Below are positions 1-7,683 of a stretch of 36,148 nucleotides of DNA, in pieces. The position numbers and the translations under genes are program-made. The number at the start of each line of letters is the position of its first letter. The first letter of the stretch is position 1. The DNA is from an uncultured bacterium (GTDB taxonomy: Bacteria; Vulcanimicrobiota; Xenobia; Xenobiales; Xenobiaceae). The notes below the pieces were generated by a model. The model was not told where the DNA came from. It did no database searches and saw only the letters and a program-made list of their open reading frames with translations. The stretch is from contig OMRK01000035.1 in the NCBI GenBank assembly GCA_900313515.1, forward strand, positions 1 through 36,148. The letters are read 5' to 3'.

Positions 1-164
1 AACTTGGGATTGGCCTGGCTTTGAAAGCCTGAAAAAGCCGTGCCGTCGTAAGCAATGACTAACTTGTATACAAAGGCACGGTTTCCGTTGTCTGCTGAAG
101 CAGGGTTAGAATCAATCACCTGGTTTGAGCTACCCGGTGTAGCCTTAATGTCCTCACTAATCAT
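1..164 (-). CDS. truA: tRNA pseudouridine(38-40) synthase TruA, N-terminal part (runs off the window edge)
   Basis: Not in the ORF track. Manual translation from ATG at 164 gives MISEDIKATPGSSNQVIDSNPASADNGNRAFVYKLVIAYDGTAFSGFQSQANPK, containing the TruA motif 'L.IAYDGT.F.GFQ.Q'. It also sits in the usual position downstream of ecfT. Confidence 0.9.
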   Translation of the reverse strand, partial: MISEDIKATPGSSNQVIDSNPASADNGNRAFVYKLVIAYDGTAFSGFQSQANPK

Positions 165-183
165 CGCAAAACCTACTTGACCA

Positions 184-996
184 TTAACGCCAAATCCACA
201 ATTCACAAAACCATGCGATAGTAAACAAAATAATCACAAAGATCAAGGCGACAATATCCCGGCCCTTAAAATTAAGCTGGCGCAGATGGCTCCTTCCTTC
301 GCCACCCCTGTAGCAACGTGCCTCCATAGCTAAGGCTAAATCATCGGCATGACGGAAAGAACTGACAAATAGCGGAATTAAAATGGGCAGAACAGCCTTG
401 AGTCTTTGTAAAACCCCACCCCGATCCAACGAAGCGCCGCGAGATAGTTGAGCTCTGGTTATATTTTCTGTCTCTTGCGCTAAAGTTGGCACAAATCTTA
501 GAGCAATAGTGGAAACCATAGCCAGTTCATGAGCAGGAAGGCCAATTCTCTTACAGGGAGCCAGCAGCTTTTCCAAGCCGTCCGTTAATAGAATGGGTGA
601 AGTAGTCAATGATAAAAGAGAAGTGAGCAGCACTAGCAAAATCAAGCGCAAGGCCATAGAGGCACCGCGCACCGTCCCTTCCAAGGTAATTTCCAACCCG
701 CCCACACAACCGATAACCTGACCTGGCACCAAAAACATATTACAGATAAGGGAGAAAAGAGCAAATATCCAGATAAAATGCAATCCCCGCAAAAGAAAAC
801 CAGCGGGAAGCTTGCAGACCATACCTACTCCTAAAAACACAACTCCCAACAGCAGAAGGACCAGAGGTTCATTTAGGCAAAAAATAGCCAGCATAGCCAC
901 AAACACGATCAAAATTTTGGTTCTAGGATCGAGTTTATGCAAAAAACTATGCCCGGGTACATACTGCCCTAAAGTAAGATTAGTTAAAATCTTAAT
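184..996 (-). CDS. ecfT: ECF transporter transmembrane component EcfT
   Basis: Motifs 'HKLDPRTK', 'IALRFVPTL', 'AQLSRG' and 'LALAMEARCY'. The ORF track starts at TTG 942, but the frame stays open upstream and encodes the conserved 'LTLGQYVPGHS'. The start is therefore placed tentatively at ATT 996 (or 990). Confidence 0.9.
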   Translation of the reverse strand: MKILTNLTLGQYVPGHSFLHKLDPRTKILIVFVAMLAIFCLNEPLVLLLLGVVFLGVGMVCKLPAGFLLRGLHFIWIFALFSLICNMFLVPGQVIGCVGGLEITLEGTVRGASMALRLILLVLLTSLLSLTTSPILLTDGLEKLLAPCKRIGLPAHELAMVSTIALRFVPTLAQETENITRAQLSRGASLDRGGVLQRLKAVLPILIPLFVSSFRHADDLALAMEARCYRGGEGRSHLRQLNFKGRDIVALIFVIILFTIAWFCELWIWR

Positions 997-1049
997 AGCG
1001 AACTTCCCTTCCTTCTTCCCAGCGCTTCACTTGGCAAACAACTCTGTAA

Positions 1050-1874
1050 TTAACAGCGTCCAAGCTCCTGACTTTTGTTATAGCAAGCCTGGGCGGCATC
1101 GATTAAAGCTACTCTGAAATTTTCCTTTTCCAACGTATACACAGCTTCAGCGGTAGTACCGCCTGGAGTAGTCACCATATAGCGCAATTCATTCAAACTT
1201 TTGCCCGTTTCCCAAGCTAAATTAACGCTGCCTCGGGCCATACCGACTGCCAGCCTCTCCGCCTGAGCTCTGGTCAATCCCAAACGAACTCCCGCATCAG
1301 TTAGCGCTTCCAGAAAAAGGTATTGATAAGCGGGACCAGAACCGGAGATAGCCGTGCCCACATCAATTAAGCGCTCCGAATCCACATAAATTTCCTCCCC
1401 TATAGCTTGCAGAATGGACCTTGCCTGCTCCAATTGCTGAGCACTCAACTCTTTATTAGCGCTCCAAACCGTGGCAGCCTGGGCGATTTGAGCGGCTAAA
1501 TTCGGCATAGCCCGCACAATCTGCTTATGTCCAAATAGCTCGCTCAACCTGGACAAACTGAATCCAGCCACAATGCTAAGTATAACCTGTTCCTTCTGTA
1601 AACAACCAGCTACCTCACTAGCAACCGCTGCAACTATATTGGGCTTAACCGCTAAAATGATAAACCTGCTGTTTAACATAGCTTCCCGACCCACGGCTGT
1701 GACATTTACCTTGTATTGGGATTCTATAAACTCACGCCTAGGCTCATAAGGTTCACAAACCATAATATTGTCAGATTTAACTGACTTGCCAGCTAGCAAA
1801 GAACGTAAAATAGATTCTCCCATTTTGCCACAGCCAATAACTGCGACTTCATATTTAAACTGAACCATCACCAA
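1050..1874 (-). CDS. proC: Pyrroline-5-carboxylate reductase
   Basis: Motifs 'IGCGKMG', 'LAVKP', 'RAMPN', 'SGSGPAY' and 'VTTPGGTT'. The true start may be ATG 1868. Confidence 0.95.
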   Translation of the reverse strand: MVMVQFKYEVAVIGCGKMGESILRSLLAGKSVKSDNIMVCEPYEPRREFIESQYKVNVTAVGREAMLNSRFIILAVKPNIVAAVASEVAGCLQKEQVILSIVAGFSLSRLSELFGHKQIVRAMPNLAAQIAQAATVWSANKELSAQQLEQARSILQAIGEEIYVDSERLIDVGTAISGSGPAYQYLFLEALTDAGVRLGLTRAQAERLAVGMARGSVNLAWETGKSLNELRYMVTTPGGTTAEAVYTLEKENFRVALIDAAQACYNKSQELGRC

Positions 1875-1937
1875 ACTCTCATCATATTTAAAATTTTATG
1901 TACACAATTATTTGAGCAGCTCCCCCCAAAGCAACAC

Positions 1938-1975
1938 AAAAAAAAAGCCCCCGATCCGGTAAAAGATCGGGGGCT
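1938..1975 (-). terminator. Intrinsic terminator of the RTX-like gene
   Basis: Minus strand reads AGCCCCCGATC-TTTTACCG-GATCGGGGGCT, a perfect 11-bp stem followed by a long T run. Confidence 0.85.
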
Positions 1976-2031
1976 ACCCTTTGACCTATGCAGCTAACTG
2001 CCCTGCATACAAGTCATTCGCTCTTCGGAGA

Positions 2032-3648
2032 CTAGAAGAGGGAGTAGGCCATGCTGGCGTAGTTGAAGCCAGGATTCTCAAACAGAGAACTGAACATACC
2101 GCTGTCGTAGTTGGGGGTGTAACTGCCGTACCCACCAATACTGCCAAAGTCAAGACCATATCCGCCGAACCCGCCAATACTACCAAAGCCACTGCCGTAT
2201 CCACCGAAACCGCCAATTCCACCGAAACCACCGAAACCGCCGGGGTACATCTGACCATACATGGAATTCATCTTGGACATAGCATCGCTGAACTCAAAGA
2301 TACCAGCGGGGACAGCCTTGAATCCATCACCATTATTCAGAGCGGAGAACACCGGCTCGCCATTCTCACCCACAACGCTGAGCTGCTCAACATCCTTCAC
2401 GGTAACGACGCTACCACCGTTGCCCTGCTTGTAGAGAACATTGCCATTACCATCAACAATGGTAATATTGTCACCGGGCTTGACCTGAGCGGTGAAGCGA
2501 TCCACACCATCGCCACCATTGACGGTCACCTTATCCTTGCCATTGCCGGTCTGGTAATACATCTTATCATTACCATCACCGCCGTTCATGTAGATCTTGT
2601 CCTTGCCGTCGCCGCCCTTGGCGATCATCACATCATCACCATCGCCACCGTACTGACGAATGTTATCGTTGCCCTTGCCACCGTCGGCCACCATAACATC
2701 GTTACCATCGCCACCGTACTGACGGATGTTATCCTTGCCAGCGCCGCCATCGGCTATCATGACATCGCTGCCCTCGCCACCACTCTGGCGAATGTAGTCG
2801 TTGCCCTTGCCACCATCGGCCACCACGTAGTCATTACCCTTGCCGCCACTCTGGCTGATATGGTCACGACCTTTACCACCATCAGCGACCAAGACATCCT
2901 GGCCACGGCCGCCAGACTCGTAGATATGGTCATTGCCCTTACCGCCATCGGCAACCAGGACATCCCTACCACGGCCACCGTACAAGTCGATATAGTCGTT
3001 ACCCTTGCCGCCATCAACGTTTATAACATCGCTGCCGCGACCACCACTGACAAACACATCGTCATCGCCGCCCTTGGCATTGATGTTGATGGTATCATCG
3101 CCGCGACCGCCCCAACGCTCTATGTTCTCACCCCAGAAGTGACCGTTCTTGGTGATATTGTCGTCGTACTTACCGCCGTCTGTGCCTCTGTTCATAACAT
3201 TCTGGAGAAGCTCTCTAAGGCCCAAACTGTTGCTGGTGGAACGGCTTCCACTATTCTGGCTCATCAGAGTGTTGAGCAACCCCATAGAACCGATGTTACC
3301 GAAGCCACCATTGTTCCCACCATAGTTCTGCAGGCTGGTGGTGCCGCCATAACGCTGCATAGTAGCGTTGGTGTAACCGTTGTTAGCCTGAGAGCGCTCA
3401 CCAATCAAGCGGCCAATCAGAGAACCGATACCAGCGCCACCTACACCACCGAGGAGGCCACCAGCGATACCACCGGTAATAGCTCCGCTGGTAGGATTGG
3501 AGAAGAGCTGCTGTATACCTTGACCTATGCCGGAACCAACCTGACTAAACATGTTCTGAAGTTGCCGCTGCTGATTCATCTGCATCTGCACGACAGACAT
3601 AGCCAAATTCTGAGAAGTACCACCCATCAAACTAGTAAGCATTTCCAT
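2032..3648 (-). CDS. Glycine-zipper + RTX-like (hemolysin-type Ca-binding) repeat protein, putatively secreted
   Basis: RBS GGAGG. N-terminal GxxxG zipper ([29 protein letters not shown]), central GGxGxD repeats and a C-terminal GGF/GGY low-complexity tail. No Sec signal peptide is visible. Confidence 0.85.
   Translation of the reverse strand: MEMLTSLMGGTSQNLAMSVVQMQMNQQRQLQNMFSQVGSGIGQGIQQLFSNPTSGAITGGIAGGLLGGVGGAGIGSLIGRLIGERSQANNGYTNATMQRYGGTTSLQNYGGNNGGFGNIGSMGLLNTLMSQNSGSRSTSNSLGLRELLQNVMNRGTDGGKYDDNITKNGHFWGENIERWGGRGDDTININAKGGDDDVFVSGGRGSDVINVDGGKGNDYIDLYGGRGRDVLVADGGKGNDHIYESGGRGQDVLVADGGKGRDHISQSGGKGNDYVVADGGKGNDYIRQSGGEGSDVMIADGGAGKDNIRQYGGDGNDVMVADGGKGNDNIRQYGGDGDDVMIAKGGDGKDKIYMNGGDGNDKMYYQTGNGKDKVTVNGGDGVDRFTAQVKPGDNITIVDGNGNVLYKQGNGGSVVTVKDVEQLSVVGENGEPVFSALNNGDGFKAVPAGIFEFSDAMSKMNSMYGQMYPGGFGGFGGIGGFGGYGSGFGSIGGFGGYGLDFGSIGGYGSYTPNYDSGMFSSLFENPGFNYASMAYSLF
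2485..3177 (-). repeat. Intragenic tandem repeat: 21 x 33 bp (11-aa GGxGxDxhxxx units) with 66-bp higher-order periodicity
   Basis: Units such as [55 protein letters not shown] and [11 protein letters not shown] read in an exact 11-residue register from 3177 to 2485. Units at the ends are degenerate. Confidence 0.9.
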
Positions 3649-3663
3649 ATCGAAACCTCCAAC

Positions 3664-3694
3664 TTCGGCCCACTAAACAAGACTGCAAGCCGAA
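3664..3694 (-). promoter_or_regulatory. Conserved 5'UTR hairpin, copy 1, directly upstream of the RBS
   Basis: Minus strand reads TTCGGC-TTGC-AGTCTTGTTTA-GTGG-GCCGAA, then GTTGGAGGTTTC. Similar to the element at 4996-5028. Confidence 0.55.
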
Positions 3695-3725
3695 AAAACT
3701 ATCTAATTTTTAACCATCGGTATAT

Positions 3726-3749
3726 TCACGTATTTTCCCGAAAAGTAAA
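3726..3749 (-). promoter_or_regulatory. Putative alternative-sigma promoter or regulator site TTTAC-N14-CGTGA (copy 1)
   Basis: TTTAC TTTTCGGGAAAATA CGTGAATA, 78 nt upstream of the ATG of 2032..3648. The same motif precedes 4564..4980. Confidence 0.55.
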
Positions 3750-3860
3750 GACTTATTAACAATCTTTCTCCGCAAAATTGTTCCCTTGCCTTGTCCCCTC
3801 CCCACGCGCCATCTTAGTCGGATCCTTTTCGTCAAAAACATAGCAGACCAATAACCATTC

Positions 3861-3884
3861 TCACGCAAACTGCTCGGCAGTAAA
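3861..3884 (-). promoter_or_regulatory. Second TTTAC-N14-CGTGA motif upstream of the RTX-like gene (copy 2)
   Basis: TTTAC TGCCGAGCAGTTTG CGTGAGAAT, with the same orientation and spacing, 135 bp upstream of copy 1. Confidence 0.45.
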
Positions 3885-3998
3885 TGTACTGATTACACAA
3901 ATAGGGGATATATTAAAGAAATTTTCAGATACAAAAAGCTATATAGAGTACGAGCTCACAAAATAAGTGATAAAGAAACATTTTAGAGGTTTGAAATT

Positions 3999-4280
3999 AT
4001 GGAAGCTAACGAAAGAGAAATGTTCTGTGAAGTTCTTTACAGTGCTCAAGAAATTGTGTTCACCTATCACGAACGCAAGTACTGTGTTCAGGGGTATACT
4101 GAGAATGGCAAGGCCCATATGTATCTTGCGCAATGGGAACCGGAATGTGGCAAACCGATTGTGTGGGAATGCACAGCAGATCTTATGGATCAGTGCGGAG
4201 AAAAATTTATCGCAGCCCCGATTTTTGAGGGCAAGACCTTTTGGAAGGTTGAACCTGAAATTACGTGGGTTGATGATTAG
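3999..4280 (+). CDS. Small acidic hypothetical protein (93 aa)
   Basis: RBS-like AGAGG before the ATG and a globular-looking sequence ('EIVFTYHERKYCVQG...FIAAPIFEGKTFWKVEPEITWVDD'). From memory it resembles small uncharacterised gut-Firmicutes proteins; not verified. Confidence 0.75.
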   Translation: MEANEREMFCEVLYSAQEIVFTYHERKYCVQGYTENGKAHMYLAQWEPECGKPIVWECTADLMDQCGEKFIAAPIFEGKTFWKVEPEITWVDD

Positions 4281-4456
4281 GTACTGCCCAAGTCCATTCT
4301 AATAACGGTTTTAAAATCTAAATATTGGACCTGGGATGAAACTTAGAACAAGAGCATCGCATTAAAACAATGCGATAGCCCCATTTATTTCAAACTAAGT
4401 TGTGAGTTGTCTCAAACCATTTTGCTGTGACTAAGTACAGTGTTGCAGGGAAAAGC

Positions 4457-4489
4457 AAAGCCGCTTGTTGCAAAACAACAGCGGCTTTT
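4457..4489. terminator. Hairpin, probable terminator between convergent genes
   Basis: AAAGCCGCT-TGTTG-CAAAA-CAACA-GCGGCTTTT, with short A and T tracts on the flanks. Confidence 0.7.
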
Positions 4490-4563
4490 CTACGTACGTA
4501 CGAGAGATAAACTTTTCAGCTTCCACCCAGCCGACGAGGCCAGGCGAAGTTACTCATATACAA

Positions 4564-4980
4564 CTAGCGAATTCCACCCATCAGCTTAGCAAAGTTAGCC
4601 CAGGACTGCTGGCTATACTGATTGTACTGATTCATAATCTGCTGAGCCTGCTTCTTCTCGCTGTGGCCACCGATAGCGCCGCCAATCAAGCGACCGATAG
4701 CACCACCGACCATACCACCGATAGGACCGCCCAGAATGGTACCGGCAACACCACCGATGAAACCGCCAGCCGCACCACCACCGGCCTTGGAGGAGAAAAC
4801 TTTCTGGACGCCATCACCGACAACGGCGCCAACACCAGCACCAGCCACGGCACCCAGAGGGCCAAAAGCAGTACCCAGAACGCCACCGATAGCAGCGCCA
4901 GCATTGCGGCCAGTGTGGGACTCTTTGATATAACCCATGGTGGAGCCCAAAGTGTTGTTATAAGTGGAAATCATACTCAT
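4564..4980 (-). CDS. Glycine-zipper protein (138 aa), no signal peptide
   Basis: RBS GGAGG. Two GxxxGxxxG hydrophobic stretches and a Gln-rich C-terminal helix. Shares a module with the N-terminus of 2032..3648. Confidence 0.85.
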   Translation of the reverse strand: MSMISTYNNTLGSTMGYIKESHTGRNAGAAIGGVLGTAFGPLGAVAGAGVGAVVGDGVQKVFSSKAGGGAAGGFIGGVAGTILGGPIGGMVGGAIGRLIGGAIGGHSEKKQAQQIMNQYNQYSQQSWANFAKLMGGIR

Positions 4981-4995
4981 CAGAAACCTCCGACC

Positions 4996-5028
4996 TCTCG
5001 GCGAACGCTTAACATCTGCGTACCGAGA
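4996..5028 (-). promoter_or_regulatory. Conserved 5'UTR hairpin, copy 2, directly upstream of the RBS
   Basis: Minus strand reads TCTCGGT-ACGC-AGATGTTAA-GCGT-TC-GCCGAGA, then GGTCGGAGGTTTC. Confidence 0.55.
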
Positions 5029-5059
5029 AACAAATTTTTCAATTTTCTATGCCCATGTA

Positions 5060-5084
5060 TCACGCAAGACAACCAAAAAGTAAA
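5060..5084 (-). promoter_or_regulatory. Putative alternative-sigma promoter or regulator site TTTAC-N15-CGTGA (copy 3)
   Basis: TTTAC TTTTTGGTTGTCTTG CGTGATAC, 80 nt upstream of the ATG of 4564..4980. Confidence 0.55.
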
Positions 5085-5408
5085 TAGCCTTTTCAAAAAA
5101 AAAATATATTTTTTATTTTATATTTCAGATCTCAAAAAAAAAGGACGTGCCCAGAGCTGCAGCTATACACACATTTAAAATTAGTCCGGCGTTTTTCTCC
5201 TACTGCTGAACTCACGCACACATAAAGTGCAGCTTGTCCTAAGAAGCAGGCAAATCAACTTGGAATAAACCCACACTGTTTTAGCGCCCCCAATAAAAAA
5301 ATGGTTAGCTTCAATGAGTTAAAAACAAGCCCAAACTACTTTAGTGGTAGCTACTTTTTAACTAAAAAAAAAATTCTGTTGATTTCGACCCCCTCTAGCT
5401 CGGCTCCA

Positions 5409-6281
5409 TTAGCACAATTCCTCTTCCAACTTTTTAAAAGCCTCTACCGATTCCGGCACAGTTAGAGGCTTGTAAATTATTTCTAATCCCAATTTCCTCT
5501 GAAGGCAAGAGAACACTCGACACAGAGGCGGTGGTTCTAATCCAGCCTCCTGCATAGCTTCGTCAGAATACAAAATCTCACGCGGTGAACCATCGGCCAC
5601 CACCCGTCCCCTATTGATTAGCAACAAACGACCACATATTTGAGCTAACTCCTCAAAATGATGCGAAACCATAATTAAAGTTATCTTTTCCGAGTTCTGT
5701 ACATCTGCCAACATCTGCAAAAGAGCTCGGGCGCCGCGTGGATCCAGTCCTGCCGTAGGCTCATCCAACACCAAGCACTTAGGGCGCATAGCCAAAACAC
5801 CCGCCAGCGCCGCCCGACGTTTCTGGCCGCCGGAAAGGGCAAAGGGAGAAACTTCCCGGCTGTTTAAACTGTTCAGACCAACTAGCTCCAGAGCCCAGTT
5901 AACCCGCTCCTCAACTTCCACTTCAGGAAGCCCCATATTGCGCGGTCCAAAAGCCACATCGGCAAAAACATTCTCTTCGAAGAGTTGCTGCTCTGGGAAT
6001 TGAAATAGCATACCAACCGAGAAGCGCACCTCGGCCAAATCAGCGCCGGACGTACCCTTGCCGATATCCACCCCGTTCACCCAAACCCTGCCCGAATCGG
6101 CCCGGAGCAACCCGTTAAAATGCTGGATCAAAGTGGACTTTCCACTTCCAGTCACACCAGAGATACCCACAGCCTCCCCATCATCAATAGAGAGAGAGAC
6201 GCCACTCAGAGCACGCCTGGCAAAAGGAGTACCCGGCATGTACGTATAGAAAACATCTTCTAATCTGATAAGTTCCGCCAT
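5409..6281 (-). CDS. ecfA2: ECF transporter ATPase EcfA2
   Basis: 'YMPGTPF' N-terminus, Walker A GVTGSGKST, 'FQFPEQQLFEE', 'SPFALSGGQKRR' and 'LDEPTAGLDP'. Confidence 0.93.
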   Translation of the reverse strand: MAELIRLEDVFYTYMPGTPFARRALSGVSLSIDDGEAVGISGVTGSGKSTLIQHFNGLLRADSGRVWVNGVDIGKGTSGADLAEVRFSVGMLFQFPEQQLFEENVFADVAFGPRNMGLPEVEVEERVNWALELVGLNSLNSREVSPFALSGGQKRRAALAGVLAMRPKCLVLDEPTAGLDPRGARALLQMLADVQNSEKITLIMVSHHFEELAQICGRLLLINRGRVVADGSPREILYSDEAMQEAGLEPPPLCRVFSCLQRKLGLEIIYKPLTVPESVEAFKKLEEELC

Positions 6282-6300
6282 TTAACGCCTGTGAGCCGGA

Positions 6301-7497
6301 CTATCCTCCGGTCATTCTACTTTTCTTGCGGCGCTTATTATAGTTTTCTGCAATTTCTTCAAAGGTCATCCAGGTGGTATCGGCCGTACGACGCCAAGAC
6401 AAGTGCTGCGCCCTTTCCAAACCGCGAGTGCGCATCTGCATACGCACATTCTCATCCTGCATGACCATATAAATGGCGTTGCGTATTTCGCTCAGATTTT
6501 TTGGATTAAACATTACGGCAGAATTACCGACTACTTCCGGCAAACTGGAAGCGTTTGAGCACACCACTGGAGTGCCCACAGCCATAGCCTCCAACACGGG
6601 AAGACCGAAACCTTCCAAAAGAGAAGGATAGGCAAACACACTGGCAGCCGCATAGAGCTTGGGTAACTCCTCGCGAGGAACATAACCCAACCAAATAATC
6701 TGCTGACTGGAATACTTACCCGCCAAATACCTCTGTTCTTCCTCGGAATAGGTTCCGGCGAAGACAAAAGGCCAATCGCAGCGCGGAGCGGTGGCCTGTA
6801 ACAAAGCTTCTACATTCTTGTTACCGAACAATCCACCCACATGTAGCACAAAGCGAGGCGGCAGCTTCCGCTGAAGCCGATACTCATCCACCTGACTTAC
6901 ATAGGGCAGAACATAATCATCAGATATTCCCAGGAGAATACTCCTAATCCCTGGCAACTGTCCCTTTATAACTGTGCGGATACTACGTTCCGTATATTGA
7001 GAATTGGTAATAATACCATCACAATCTACCAAATGTTGAGCGTAAGCCGAATGAGTCCAGCGAGTCAGATGGCGGCCCAGAAAATCGCAGTGCGGAATAA
7101 GCTCCGGATTGGTAACACTCATAAGACTGTGCACCATCACCACTCGCGGCACCCCTATATCCTCCCAGGGAAAACCGTAACGAAGATCCTGAGTACTTGG
7201 AAAATAGAACAAATCGACATTTTTCGCGATCTCTTCGTAACTCTCCTTAAGCTTAGCTCCATCGCGCTTATACCCTAAATGCTTGGCCAAAGGCCATGAG
7301 CTCTGCCTAGGCAACTCCAAAACCTTATAAGCACTAAGTAACTCTTTGTCCAGTTCTATATCCAGTTCAGGCCAAGCTATAAGATACAGTTCCCGGCGAC
7401 GCTTTAAAAATTGTATAAGCAGCTCACGGATATAGGTACTTATCCCCCTATACTGAACATCGATCTGTAAAGCCCTTATATCCAAAGCAATACGCAT
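6301..7497 (-). CDS. Glycosyltransferase, GT4 (GT-B) family
   Basis: 'MRIALD...RGISTY' N-terminus and the C-terminal signature 'YPSLLEGFGLPVLEAMAVGTPVVCSNASSLPEVVG'. Confidence 0.93.
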   Translation of the reverse strand: MRIALDIRALQIDVQYRGISTYIRELLIQFLKRRRELYLIAWPELDIELDKELLSAYKVLELPRQSSWPLAKHLGYKRDGAKLKESYEEIAKNVDLFYFPSTQDLRYGFPWEDIGVPRVVMVHSLMSVTNPELIPHCDFLGRHLTRWTHSAYAQHLVDCDGIITNSQYTERSIRTVIKGQLPGIRSILLGISDDYVLPYVSQVDEYRLQRKLPPRFVLHVGGLFGNKNVEALLQATAPRCDWPFVFAGTYSEEEQRYLAGKYSSQQIIWLGYVPREELPKLYAAASVFAYPSLLEGFGLPVLEAMAVGTPVVCSNASSLPEVVGNSAVMFNPKNLSEIRNAIYMVMQDENVRMQMRTRGLERAQHLSWRRTADTTWMTFEEIAENYNKRRKKSRMTGG

Positions 7498-7683
7498 AAA
7501 TCACATACCCCGCAGGAACAAAAAAAAACAATCTAGCTGGCCGACTTCCCCACCCACACTCGATCTCCGTTTCTTCTTGAAATGGCTTCACTATCCTATT
7601 CCTATAAAAAAAATCTATTAGCTTTACTCCTAAAAACCTTCAGTGCTAACAATAAAACACAAGATTGCTAGACTTAATTCTTG

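Noticed and set aside
2485-3177. 33/66-bp periodic repeats as a possible CRISPR array
   Set aside because: The repeats are degenerate, in-frame coding units without unique spacers, and no cas genes are present.
1981-3759. 592-aa plus-strand ORF antisense to the RTX-like gene
   Set aside because: Shadow frame. The Thr/Ala/Ile/Val-rich sequence is what the reverse complement of GGT/GGC/GAT-rich codons gives, it has no RBS, and the minus-strand gene has the RBS, motifs and terminator.
4491-4503. TACGTACGTACG short tandem palindrome
   Set aside because: Only three 4-bp units, which is plausible by chance, with no supporting context.
4465-5178. 237-aa plus-strand ORF over the glycine-zipper gene
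   Set aside because: The same antisense shadow effect. It starts inside a terminator hairpin and runs into AT-rich intergenic DNA.
5212-5236. Fourth GCGTGAG half-site upstream of the 138-aa gene
   Set aside because: There is no TTTAC at 14-15 nt spacing (CAAGCT instead), so it is not counted as a motif copy.
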